Sequence record: OL615012
DNA: 64,000 bases
From: Shigella phage vB_SboM_Phaginator
Direction: 5' to 3' (one strand)
Part shown: in pieces, positions 27,752 to 36,526 of the stretch
How the letters are laid out: each line of letters begins with the position of its first letter
Numbering within the stretch: the first letter of the stretch is position 1
Program-made: the position numbers and the translations under genes
Notes under the pieces: model-generated
The model's input: the letters and a program-made list of their open reading frames with translations, nothing else
What the model was told of the DNA's origin: nothing
The model's database searches: none

Positions 27752-28011
27752 ATACTGGCTTCTTTGAGTTTCGTTTTAGCAATAGTTAACTGATCGAGGC
27801 TTTCAGCATAATTCTTCGCGAATTCACAGTCTTCACAATTATCTAGTGCTTCCCAGAATTCATCATATAAAGCGTCAAAGATAAGTCCTAAACGAACTTC
27901 AGCGTCTTTGATAGCATTCACTTTACCGATTTTCTCTTCAGTATGTGGCTTATAACCCTTAATATCTTCAATCATATTTGACTTCCTCACCAGTACATAA
28001 ATCATATTCAA
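27709..28011 (-). CDS. Hypothetical protein at the vs.4 position (possible Acb2-like cyclic-nucleotide sponge)
   Basis: Track ORF 100 aa; second small ORF after regB, where T4 vs.4 lies; assignment by position only. Confidence 0.4.
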   Translation of the reverse strand: MNMIYVLVRKSNMIEDIKGYKPHTEEKIGKVNAIKDAEVRLGLIFDALYDEFWEALDNCEDCEFAKNYAESLDQLTIAKTKLKEASMWACRAVFQPEEKY

Positions 28012-28189
28012 CTAAACGAATAGGTTCATGAATGCCATATCCTTGAACAGAAATTTCTGTCGTAGGATAAATTCCATCAATATCACCCATATTCCATGCT
28101 TCATTAAATTGTTGTTCGCCTGAATTACTAAACCATTCGGCGAAAGCATTTAGCACATCTTTAGAACCTTCAATAATTATCTTTGCCAT
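27968..28189 (-). CDS. Hypothetical protein
   Basis: ORF track 73 aa. Confidence 0.4.
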   Translation of the reverse strand: MAKIIIEGSKDVLNAFAEWFSNSGEQQFNEAWNMGDIDGIYPTTEISVQGYGIHEPIRLVEYDLCTGEEVKYD

Positions 28190-28551
28190 TACAAACTCTC
28201 AGTAAAGGTACGAGCGATAACGTCGCGCTGCTGTTCCGGAGTCAGAGAGTTAAAGCGAACTGCATAACCGGATACACGGATGGTCAGCTGCGGATATTTT
28301 TCCGGATGCTTAACTGCATCTTCCAGAGTTTCGCGACGCAGAACGTTAACGTTCAGGTGTTGACCACCTTCAATTTTAACTGTAGGCTGTGGTTCAATTT
28401 CAATTTCACGGGCATGCAAACCGTAGAAAATTTCTGGGTCTACAAAAGAGTCCTCTTTAAAGGTTTTAGAGACAATAATTCGTGCTTGAATACCATCTTC
28501 AAAATAAATAGTACCTTTGTGTGTGCCTTCAAGAATTTGATATGCTTTCAT
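28189..28551 (-). CDS. Autonomous glycyl-radical cofactor (GrcA/YfiD-like)
   Basis: 120 aa; C-terminal half ...[63 protein letters not shown] matches the E. coli GrcA glycyl-radical domain incl. RVSGY. Confidence 0.85.
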   Translation of the reverse strand: MKAYQILEGTHKGTIYFEDGIQARIIVSKTFKEDSFVDPEIFYGLHAREIEIEPQPTVKIEGGQHLNVNVLRRETLEDAVKHPEKYPQLTIRVSGYAVRFNSLTPEQQRDVIARTFTESL

Positions 28552-28558
28552 ATAAACC

Positions 28559-28939
28559 TCAATTAGAAAATAAATTTATCCAAGATTGTTCTTTAATTAA
28601 AAATGGCTCAGAATCATATGCCATTAAACTCTGTGTGATTAGTCCTTTAAAAGGCCCATCAATAAATTCCATGGTAAAATATGGAATTTTATTCATTAAC
28701 CGTGCATTAGGAGCCGTACACAAAACTCTGCATCCTTTGAATACGCCTTTTTGTAATTTGTATTGCTTGGGATAAAATTCGCTCAAAATGTTATTATTTG
28801 CTAAAATTTCAAAATGATTCACCAATTTATTTTTAATAGTTTTTGGCGAAAAATAAAGATATTCGAAAAGCTGAGTGTCTGTCATCATTGCATTCCGATT
28901 ATGAAAAACTGTGGACGAGTAATACCACCAATGCAGCAT
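28559..28939 (-). CDS. Hypothetical protein
   Basis: ORF track 126 aa. Confidence 0.45.
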   Translation of the reverse strand: MLHWWYYSSTVFHNRNAMMTDTQLFEYLYFSPKTIKNKLVNHFEILANNNILSEFYPKQYKLQKGVFKGCRVLCTAPNARLMNKIPYFTMEFIDGPFKGLITQSLMAYDSEPFLIKEQSWINLFSN

Positions 28940-29475
28940 TTACTATTGCAACAGTGGTGCACAGTTTCAATATGAATATCGTAAATTTTATCCATATCAG
29001 GAGATTTAACAGGCTCATCGATTATATACAAAATCCGCGAAAGCGATAAACCTCTGAACTTGCTACCTCTATTACCAACAAAACTACGGACAGAAACAGT
29101 AAATAAACGGAATCGAATATCATCATTAGAATAGCGTGAAAATTCTTTTTTAATGTGGCCCGCAGAAATTTTAGCGTAAGCTGAAGTATTAGAAAGAACA
29201 ATAACTGTTCCACCGTCATACAACCAATTAGCGGCAAAATTAGTTACTGCAGTTGATTTACCGGATTGACGTCCACCATCTAGTCGAAGTGTGCAGTATT
29301 CTTTAAATAAATGTGGCGAATCAGGTACATAAAATCCACTATTACAAATTTCTTCTACTCTAGCATCAGAATGGTGTGTAAAAGCATTCATCAGGGATAG
29401 ATAAGGACCAGTTAAAAATGTTCTCATTTTATTCTCTCTAAATTTGGGCCATTCCATGGCGCGTGAATTGTCCAT
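28885..29475 (-). CDS. Small P-loop NTPase, function unknown
   Basis: 196 aa; Walker A GGRQSGKST and Walker B-like ILYIIDEP; Cys cluster CCNSKCC. Confidence 0.55.
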   Translation of the reverse strand: MDNSRAMEWPKFRENKMRTFLTGPYLSLMNAFTHHSDARVEEICNSGFYVPDSPHLFKEYCTLRLDGGRQSGKSTAVTNFAANWLYDGGTVIVLSNTSAYAKISAGHIKKEFSRYSNDDIRFRLFTVSVRSFVGNRGSKFRGLSLSRILYIIDEPVKSPDMDKIYDIHIETVHHCCNSKCCIGGITRPQFFIIGMQ

Positions 29476-29593
29476 TTCTGTATTTACCCATTACCGCACT
29501 TGGGCTCGACCTTATTACAGGTTGGCTGGAATCCCTCACAGAATCATGAGGTCCAGCTTGTTCCCATTTTATTTGAATGTAAATAGATCTGAG

Positions 29594-30172
29594 TTAGGAA
29601 TTACGGGCTGCATTAGCAACGGCGTAAGCGTACTGGACATTAGCGTCTTTAAACGTACCTTTAGAGGTATCTATTTCTGCCTTAAAGCCGCCTTTAGCCA
29701 TAACATCGGCAAATTCTTTACGGAAAGCCATTGCATCAAGACCTTTCCATGATGATTTATGCTTGGCAAATTCAAGACCAGCGTAGTTGACAGCCTTAGC
29801 TAATTTATTATCAATAACCCATTTACCGGCTTTAGGCACAAACTTCGGGCCTTTTTGTTTAGAGAACAGTTTTAAATTCCAGCGACGAAGGTCACTGTCG
29901 GCTTTAACAAAAGCTGCGTCTAAGTTACTAGCAACAACATCTTCAATATGAGCAAATTTAAGTCCGTCAACTTCAATATTTAGATCGTTACGCCAGCGAA
30001 GTCCTTCCCAAGCGAAGGCTTTAAAGTCGGAAGCCTTTGTAGCTAAGTACCGTTCAATAGGAGCTGTTTTAGGGTCAAAGCCGTTTCCCGATCGGTAGGT
30101 CCACTCATCTTTATTAATGCCTTTGGCCTTTACTATAGAAGCTTCGGCAATAAATTCTTGATAGGTTTTCAT
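29594..30172 (-). CDS. ipIII: Internal head protein with capsid targeting sequence (IPIII-like)
   Basis: 192 aa; N-terminus MKTYQEFIAEA, the T4 internal-protein capsid targeting sequence with LxE-type protease site; early promoter upstream. Confidence 0.65.
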   Translation of the reverse strand: MKTYQEFIAEASIVKAKGINKDEWTYRSGNGFDPKTAPIERYLATKASDFKAFAWEGLRWRNDLNIEVDGLKFAHIEDVVASNLDAAFVKADSDLRRWNLKLFSKQKGPKFVPKAGKWVIDNKLAKAVNYAGLEFAKHKSSWKGLDAMAFRKEFADVMAKGGFKAEIDTSKGTFKDANVQYAYAVANAARNS

Positions 30173-30200
30173 GTGTTTCCTTGTTTGTTTTGATAGAGTA

Positions 30201-30229
30201 ATTATACCATATTAATACTTAAGCGTAAA
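30201..30229 (-). promoter_or_regulatory. Early promoter upstream of ipIII-like gene
   Basis: Minus strand GTTTACG - 17 bp - TGgTATAAT. Confidence 0.6.
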
Positions 30230-30233
30230 CCGT

Positions 30234-30494
30234 TTAAGCTTTACCGCCAGAAATAATTCCGAAGTTGTTAAAATCATATCCAATATCGTCAACATCTACT
30301 TTAGGACTTGCTACAGCATAAGCAATTTCACTACGTTTTGCACAGGTGTTGATTTCTTTACCATCGCCACCTAAGAAAGAATACCCATTACGTTTTAATG
30401 AGCCAAAGTCTTCCGCATCACCAATGAAAGCTTTAACTTTAAATTTAGAACCTTTGGCATCTGCTTCAACGATAAATTCTTGATACATTTTCAT
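30234..30494 (-). CDS. Internal head protein with capsid targeting sequence (IPII-position)
   Basis: 86 aa; N-terminus MKMYQEFIVEA. Confidence 0.6.
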   Translation of the reverse strand: MKMYQEFIVEADAKGSKFKVKAFIGDAEDFGSLKRNGYSFLGGDGKEINTCAKRSEIAYAVASPKVDVDDIGYDFNNFGIISGGKA

Positions 30495-30631
30495 TTTTCC
30501 TTAGTAAATTGATTTACCAAAGTATTTGTACCAAGTCGGACGTTGATCAATTTTTTCATCTAAGCGTGCTTGATTTATCGCAATGGACGCTTCGGACGGG
30601 TCATAATTTCCTCCAAGTAGTTGATGAATGT

Positions 30632-30660
30632 ATAGTATCAAAACCCTTGGAGGAAGTAAA
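30632..30660 (-). promoter_or_regulatory. Early promoter upstream of ipII-position gene
   Basis: Minus strand GTTTACT - 17 bp - TGaTACTAT. Confidence 0.55.
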
Positions 30661-30662
30661 CA

Positions 30663-31465
<803 letters not shown>

Positions 31466-31921
31466 TTAAAAGAGGCTGTTCATTATTCGGTAAAGTGAAG
31501 GACCCATCACATATTGCCACTGAGTACGAGGAATAAGAGCAAAAGCATCCATCTCTGGAATCATAACACCATCTTTATTTTCAAAATAAGACTCGCAATG
31601 GCAATTTCTAAACATCTCATGCTCTACTGGAATCGTATAATAAAACAGCTGTAAGTCTTTATTACTAGAATATTTAAATACACCTAGGTCTTCTAGAAGG
31701 TCTGGATTATAATTGCTAAAACCGGTCTCTTCTAAGCATTCTCTTCGTGCTGCATCTAGTGCGCTCAAATCAGAATTTTCTACACGGCCTTTTGGAATAT
31801 CCCAGCGATGTGCCATCATTCCAGGCTTACGAGAACCAGTAACCCGTCCCATGAATAAATCTTTATCTTCTGTCATAAAGATAATACCAGCTGATAATGT
31901 TTTCATTTTAATTTCCTGCAT
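31466..31921 (-). CDS. nudE: Nudix hydrolase NudE
   Basis: Nudix box GRVENSDLSALDAARRECLEETGF; alternative start at 31906 (MKTLSAG) with in-codon AGGAAA RBS. Confidence 0.8.
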   Translation of the reverse strand: MQEIKMKTLSAGIIFMTEDKDLFMGRVTGSRKPGMMAHRWDIPKGRVENSDLSALDAARRECLEETGFSNYNPDLLEDLGVFKYSSNKDLQLFYYTIPVEHEMFRNCHCESYFENKDGVMIPEMDAFALIPRTQWQYVMGPSLYRIMNSLF

Positions 31922-32391
31922 TCGGTGATAAAATTATTTAAATTTTGAGTATATTTCTTTTCATCAAAAATCTTTTGCTGCCTACGTAAACGCCATGGCA
32001 TTTCAATGAACGTGTACCATATCCCAGATAATATTGCTGCTGTAAAAATATTAACAAGTATGGTTAAAATAATCCAATCTCCCGTTCTGTCTACTGGACT
32101 TTCTCCAAAGAAGCAAAATACAAATGATGTCACAGGAAAACTAATAATATACCACAGAATCATAATCTTATCTGTGAACCAATCAGTGTTCGTTAATTTA
32201 GCGCGACCATTATGAATACACACGAATTTATCATCTGTTGCAGTAGATGGCTTAACTGGTTGATATCCCATTCTAAACTCCCTAATCAGCAAATTTTTCA
32301 TATCTTCGGAACAGCCATTCCAGTCAACTCTATCAACTGGAATGCCATCATCCCCATCATCTAAATCATACCAGCGAGTTTTTAAAATCAT
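31903..32391 (-). CDS. Hypothetical membrane protein (paralog family, C-terminal ...ECRKLK)
   Basis: 162 aa; two hydrophobic helices. Confidence 0.5.
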   Translation of the reverse strand: MILKTRWYDLDDGDDGIPVDRVDWNGCSEDMKNLLIREFRMGYQPVKPSTATDDKFVCIHNGRAKLTNTDWFTDKIMILWYIISFPVTSFVFCFFGESPVDRTGDWIILTILVNIFTAAILSGIWYTFIEMPWRLRRQQKIFDEKKYTQNLNNFITECRKLK

Positions 32392-32750
32392 TTAATTTTC
32401 CTACAATCACTCACAAACTCTTCCATTGATTCTTTTTCAATATAAGACATGTAGCTATTATATTCTTTTAATTGTATTTTGTAATCTTTTTTTCTTTGCC
32501 AATTTATTTTAAAATTATCATAATGAAAATATAACATGATACCAAAGAATGAAAATAATGAAATAATTTTAGTATAGTGAAGTTCACTCCAAACTTCTAT
32601 TATATTTACTGTGCCGTCAATGTTTAAAATAAGACAGTCAATTAACAATCCAAAAAGACTACCCGCAAGAGCTGCAGCCAACGCCACAGCAAAAATTAAA
32701 AATGACTCAGAAAGCGAATATTTGACTTTATTTAGTTTTGGCTTTTGCAT
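32388..32750 (-). CDS. Hypothetical membrane protein (paralog family, C-terminal ...DCRKIK)
   Basis: 120 aa; hydrophobic helices. Confidence 0.5.
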   Translation of the reverse strand: MQKPKLNKVKYSLSESFLIFAVALAAALAGSLFGLLIDCLILNIDGTVNIIEVWSELHYTKIISLFSFFGIMLYFHYDNFKINWQRKKDYKIQLKEYNSYMSYIEKESMEEFVSDCRKIK

Positions 32751-33124
32751 CGTGATTCCTTAACAAATTTCATAATTTCATCAAATTCATACGCAGCAAG
32801 TTTAAGCTGGTGTTCCTTTTTAATCTTTTCACACTGTGCTTTCCAATCACGTACGCGTTTACGATAATGTCTTCCTTGATACCAGTATCCTACCCAATTT
32901 ACAGGTACTAATAAAAGTGGAACTATTAATGGAAGAATTAGCATTAATACCAGTATTTCGCCAGAATCAATATCAGTCATAACATCTAAAACACCTCCAA
33001 TAATCAATAGAATTACAAATGATATGAGTATAACAGGACCTATTAATACATCAGTAGAAATTATCTGACGCTTTAATTCATACTTTAAGGGTTTACTTGG
33101 AAGATACATTGATGGCTTTGACAT
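32732..33124 (-). CDS. Hypothetical membrane protein (paralog family, C-terminal ...KFVKESRCK)
   Basis: 130 aa; hydrophobic helices. Confidence 0.5.
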   Translation of the reverse strand: MSKPSMYLPSKPLKYELKRQIISTDVLIGPVILISFVILLIIGGVLDVMTDIDSGEILVLMLILPLIVPLLLVPVNWVGYWYQGRHYRKRVRDWKAQCEKIKKEHQLKLAAYEFDEIMKFVKESRCKSQN

Positions 33125-33701
33125 ATTCTCTGCATTCCTTCACAAATTTTTCTAGTAATAAATCGCTTTCAAAATTGGGATTTTCTACGAATTTATCAAA
33201 AAGATCATCAACAATAGTTAAGATATTCTTTTTACTAAGAATACGCTTATTTTCATGCTTAGTTTCAGAATCAACTATAAGAGTAAAGAAATATTTCTTG
33301 TCCCGAAATTTTACAGTAGTATCAATATAGAATAAATTTGACTTTTGTAAATTACGTTTAAACCATGCATCACTTAAACTATAAACGCCGAGATAATCAT
33401 AATCGTCGTTTAAATAACAAACCGTCCATTCAGGAGAAACAAAATCAGTAAATTCAACGTCAAAATCGCATGTTAATAAATGAATTGATTCAATGCTGTT
33501 AATAAGTATTCCAGGACGTATTAAAGACTTTTTACCTCTAGAAAATCTTCCAGAAAGACTTTCATCAGTTTCATATGAAGAACCCCAATAATAATTACGC
33601 CCTTCTGCCATACGTTTAAGAGCATTTAATAATTGGTCTGGAACATCAACTTGTCTTTGGAACTCTTCAAACATTGAATTGAAATCACTTTGCATTTTCA
33701 T
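33093..33701 (-). CDS. Hypothetical protein (shares ...KFVKECRE... motif with downstream paralogs)
   Basis: 202 aa. Confidence 0.5.
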   Translation of the reverse strand: MKMQSDFNSMFEEFQRQVDVPDQLLNALKRMAEGRNYYWGSSYETDESLSGRFSRGKKSLIRPGILINSIESIHLLTCDFDVEFTDFVSPEWTVCYLNDDYDYLGVYSLSDAWFKRNLQKSNLFYIDTTVKFRDKKYFFTLIVDSETKHENKRILSKKNILTIVDDLFDKFVENPNFESDLLLEKFVKECREYVKAINVSSK

Positions 33702-33721
33702 TCCTACTTACTCCAAGTAAT

Positions 33722-33737
33722 AGGGGCCGAAGCCCCT
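33722..33737 (-). other. Intercistronic RNA hairpin with UUCG tetraloop
   Basis: Minus strand AGGGGC-UUCG-GCCCCU just after stop of 33743..34336; no clear U-run. Confidence 0.4.
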
Positions 33738-33742
33738 TATCA

Positions 33743-34336
33743 TTATTTCAGAGAATTAATATATTCCTGAACATCGGCAGAGGTAGTTTCAACCCCAGAA
33801 ATATTGCCATTAAAGGTTTCAACTCGGGCAAGAGTATCTTCAATATCAACCTTAGTCAGTGCTGCAATTTCAACTACATCATCGGCAGTACTAATTCCAA
33901 GGGCATTTGCCGCACGAGTTTCACGAATATATTCCAATTTAACTGCAAGTTCTTGGCGAGCATCATCTAACTCAACTACTTTCTTGGCGATTTCAATTCG
34001 CATTTCAGCATAACCGTCAGCTTTAGTAGTCAACTGCTCAGCTGTTCGGCGATATAGTAAACCGAGTTTAGCATGCATTGTTACATCTTGACCTTCGGAA
34101 AGAAGTTTTCGAATTTCACGCTCTTTTGATTCGGCCTGTCGATTCTTTTCGATAACAAGTTCACGAATACGTTTTTCTTCATTAATAGATTTAATAGAAG
34201 CAGTTTTTAGATCTTTAATTTTATCAAGTAGTTTTGCTGCTGCAGCAGTATACTGTTCTTCAACAGATAGATTTTTAGCCATAGCAGAACCAAGTTTAGT
34301 GCGAATAAACTCAACAATTTTCTTCAGTGTGTTCAT
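33743..34336 (-). CDS. Hypothetical coiled-coil protein (weak PspA/IM30-like character)
   Basis: 197 aa, long helical heptad regions; resemblance to PspA family is by eye only. Confidence 0.5.
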   Translation of the reverse strand: MNTLKKIVEFIRTKLGSAMAKNLSVEEQYTAAAAKLLDKIKDLKTASIKSINEEKRIRELVIEKNRQAESKEREIRKLLSEGQDVTMHAKLGLLYRRTAEQLTTKADGYAEMRIEIAKKVVELDDARQELAVKLEYIRETRAANALGISTADDVVEIAALTKVDIEDTLARVETFNGNISGVETTSADVQEYINSLK

Positions 34337-34393
34337 AGTATTTCCTTAGATTGATACAATTAGATAATATCACGTTTTTAATAGATTGTAAAC

Positions 34394-34729
34394 TTATTCT
34401 TCGTCTATCTCATCGATAAAGACGTCAATGGCCTCGATAACGGCATCATTGATAGCCAATAAAGTAAAATCATCGTCAGTACCTTTATAAGATTCTGAAG
34501 CATTGATATATGCTTGATTGACGAGTTCCCAAGCCTTTTTAAAATAAGGAGTTTCATCATCAGGACAAATATCCCGCACACCTTCAAAGATACGATTGGC
34601 ATAATCTAACACCCATTGTACAGGCATGTTTTGAGAACGTTCGTTAAACTCTTTAAATTCCTTAGATTCAAAAAGCTCTTCAGGATAATAATTTCGATTA
34701 CAAAAAGCTTTACTAAAGTTACGTTTCAT
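34394..34729 (-). CDS. Hypothetical acidic protein
   Basis: ORF track 111 aa; early promoter upstream (34755-34783). Confidence 0.5.
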   Translation of the reverse strand: MKRNFSKAFCNRNYYPEELFESKEFKEFNERSQNMPVQWVLDYANRIFEGVRDICPDDETPYFKKAWELVNQAYINASESYKGTDDDFTLLAINDAVIEAIDVFIDEIDEE

Positions 34730-34754
34730 AATGTTCTCCTCAAGCTACAGGCTC

Positions 34755-34783
34755 ATAATATCTCAATCATGAGCCTGTGTAAA
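34755..34783 (-). promoter_or_regulatory. Early promoter overlapping a 9-bp inverted repeat
   Basis: Minus strand GTTTACA - 17 bp - TATTAT; spacer contains CAGGCTCAT...ATGAGCCTG hairpin. Confidence 0.55.
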
Positions 34784-34784
34784 C

Positions 34785-35060
34785 TTATTTCATATTATTG
34801 AAATATTCTTCTGCGATTTCGTCGTTATCATGGTAAACTTTAGAAGACAGTTTAACATAACCTTCAGCAGTGAACATGTTAATCACAACTTTTACAGTAT
34901 ACCACTGACCGTCTTCATTACCCATTACTGCGTAAGTTTCAAACATCGGATGGTCAGGACCGATAACTTTAATATCATTCACTGTACGACCGAAATCTTC
35001 TGAAACGCATTTCATAAAGAAGTTGAACAGTTCGCCGTAATTATCCATTTCATTCTCCAA
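34785..35060 (-). CDS. Hypothetical protein
   Basis: ORF track 91 aa; early promoter upstream (35092-35120). Confidence 0.5.
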   Translation of the reverse strand: MENEMDNYGELFNFFMKCVSEDFGRTVNDIKVIGPDHPMFETYAVMGNEDGQWYTVKVVINMFTAEGYVKLSSKVYHDNDEIAEEYFNNMK

Positions 35061-35091
35061 GTTGTTTTCTGTATCAGTAGTTGATAGTTGT

Positions 35092-35120
35092 ATAGTACCA
35101 TGGAAGAACAGGGATGTAAA
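35092..35120 (-). promoter_or_regulatory. Early promoter (PeSL-type consensus)
   Basis: Minus strand GTTTACA - 17 bp - TGgTACTAT - ACAACTATCAACT. Confidence 0.65.
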
Positions 35121-35251
35121 CAGTTTTGTGAAAAAATTTTTAAAAAGTTTTGGGGAATTCTAGGGCGGGAGGGGCAATTAAAAGATAGGATAATATATTA
35201 TAAAGGGTAGAAACTAAATGATGTCTAGAGAGGCCTGGAAAGGCCTAGATA

Positions 35252-35278
35252 CCAAAAAGCCCTATCATTTAGATAGGG
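35252..35278 (-). terminator. Rho-independent terminator after IP-like gene 35289..35855
   Basis: Minus strand CCCTATC-N5-GATAGGG hairpin followed by CUUUUUGG; second palindromic hairpin AGGCC...GGCCT at 35231-35246. Confidence 0.55.
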
Positions 35279-35288
35279 ATTTAAAATT

Positions 35289-35855
35289 TTATTTACCCAG
35301 TTTAGTTATTATAGCTTCGGCAGCAGCTTTTAGCTTAGATGCAGTGTTAATACGATTTTTAATTTCAGTATACGCATCGCCAAGAACATCAAGGCTATCT
35401 GAATAAACACTTACACTATTGCGTTCGCTATTTGAAATAGAACCTTTAGTTTTACGATCAAAATCGGTATACACGTCTTGAAGATCGCGTGCTGCCTTCT
35501 TTGCATCATCCAATGCATCAAGAGCTTTATTCAAAGCATTAACATATTTTTTAGTGTCAAACATATTCTTAGAAATTTTGACGGGTGCGCGTTCAGGAGT
35601 AGCTAAGGCAGATTTAGGAAGAACCTGTTTGCCAGATGCCAGTTTCTTAGAAATTTTAAAAAACGCTTTATTGAAATTATTTTCTTGACTCATCGTAAAA
35701 GAACTATTATCAATGTTATACATTTCAATAGCTTTAGCTTTCCACTTAAGAAAATCGCCACGGTCTTTTGGATCCAAGTGGAAGAATACTTTAGTAAGAT
35801 CTGCTTCAGATGGTAATTTTGCTGCTTCGGTTAAAAATTCGGCGTAGGTTTTCAT
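35289..35855 (-). CDS. Internal-protein-like protein with capsid targeting sequence
   Basis: 188 aa; N-terminus MKTYAEFLTEA; terminator hairpins downstream. Confidence 0.6.
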   Translation of the reverse strand: MKTYAEFLTEAAKLPSEADLTKVFFHLDPKDRGDFLKWKAKAIEMYNIDNSSFTMSQENNFNKAFFKISKKLASGKQVLPKSALATPERAPVKISKNMFDTKKYVNALNKALDALDDAKKAARDLQDVYTDFDRKTKGSISNSERNSVSVYSDSLDVLGDAYTEIKNRINTASKLKAAAEAIITKLGK

Positions 35856-35936
35856 TTAAAATCCTTGAAATAATTTATTGGTTATTAATTATTTATCACG
35901 TTGTTATATGTAACAGCATTCTCCGAGCGATTCAAA

Positions 35937-35966
35937 CTAAAAAGCCCCAACCTTTCTGTCGGGGCT
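35937..35966 (-). terminator. Rho-independent terminator (repeat copy A)
   Basis: Minus strand AGCCCCGAC-AGAAAGG-UUGGGGCU followed by UUUUUAG. Confidence 0.65.
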
Positions 35967-35971
35967 AAAAT
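35937..35971 (-). repeat. 31-bp direct repeat copy A (terminator-containing)
   Basis: ctaaaaagccccaacctttcTgtcggggctaa; matches copy B except one base. Confidence 0.8.
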
Positions 35972-35972
35972 G

Positions 35973-36446
35973 TTATTTAATTTGCTTAGCAGACCAAATG
36001 CGGTCTTTGATAATTTTTTGGATGTCTTCAACATATTCAAGAGAGTGAACATGTGGGTTATCTTTGAAACTATAAGCACGAGCTAGCTTTTGGCCTTCGG
36101 TTTTGATTACTAAAAGCTCTTTAAGGATAGCTTCATATTTGGAGATAATTCCTTTAACAATATTTTTCTCTTGTGCGACTTTAGGATCTGCTTTAGGAGC
36201 AGGTTTACCTGAAGCCTTTGCAAAAGCAGCTCCAGTAGCAACTAAACTTTTCCAGGCCATACTAACTGCATTCCCTGTAAATCCTTCCGCTTTCATATCG
36301 CGAGCAAATTGGAATCGTGATTCATCGGAAGCATCTTTATAGGAATATTTACCCGCGGCAATGGCAGCTTTTGCAACAGCTTGAATTTCGGTGCTAGATG
36401 CTTCATTTAACACCGCTTCATTTAAAAATTGAGCATATGATTTCAT
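35973..36446 (-). CDS. Internal-protein-like protein with capsid targeting sequence
   Basis: 157 aa; N-terminus MKSYAQFLNEAVLNEA; TATAAATA late promoter upstream; flanked by a 31-bp direct repeat. Confidence 0.6.
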   Translation of the reverse strand: MKSYAQFLNEAVLNEASSTEIQAVAKAAIAAGKYSYKDASDESRFQFARDMKAEGFTGNAVSMAWKSLVATGAAFAKASGKPAPKADPKVAQEKNIVKGIISKYEAILKELLVIKTEGQKLARAYSFKDNPHVHSLEYVEDIQKIIKDRIWSAKQIK

Positions 36447-36482
36447 CTTATTTCCTGTTTTAATTCGTGGTTTTAATATACT

Positions 36483-36490
36483 TATTTATA
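36483..36490 (-). promoter_or_regulatory. Late promoter (TATAAATA) upstream of IP-like gene 35973..36446
   Basis: Minus-strand TATAAATA immediately after terminator hairpin; RBS AGGAAA and ATG follow. Confidence 0.6.
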
Positions 36491-36520
36491 CTAAAAAGCC
36501 CCAACCTTTCGGTCGGGGCT
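36491..36520 (-). terminator. Rho-independent terminator at end of tRNA/stable RNA cluster (repeat copy B)
   Basis: Minus strand AGCCCCGAC-CGAAAGG-UUGGGGCU followed by UUUUUAG, then TATAAATA. Confidence 0.65.
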
Positions 36521-36525
36521 AAGCC
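36491..36525 (-). repeat. 31-bp direct repeat copy B (terminator-containing)
   Basis: ctaaaaagccccaacctttcGgtcggggctaa; 554 bp from copy A, bracketing IP-like gene 35973..36446. Confidence 0.8.
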
Positions 36526-36526
36526 T

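Noticed and set aside
28183-29752. Plus-strand ORFs 28183..28566, 28521..28775, 28843..29049, 29444..29752 and minus ORF 29022..29237
   Set aside because: Antisense or out of frame to better-supported minus-strand genes (GrcA-like, P-loop ATPase, ipIII-like) in a uniformly minus-strand operon.
35218-35406. Plus-strand ORF 35218..35406
   Set aside because: Spans terminator hairpins and the 3-prime end of the IP-like gene on the opposite strand; no RBS.
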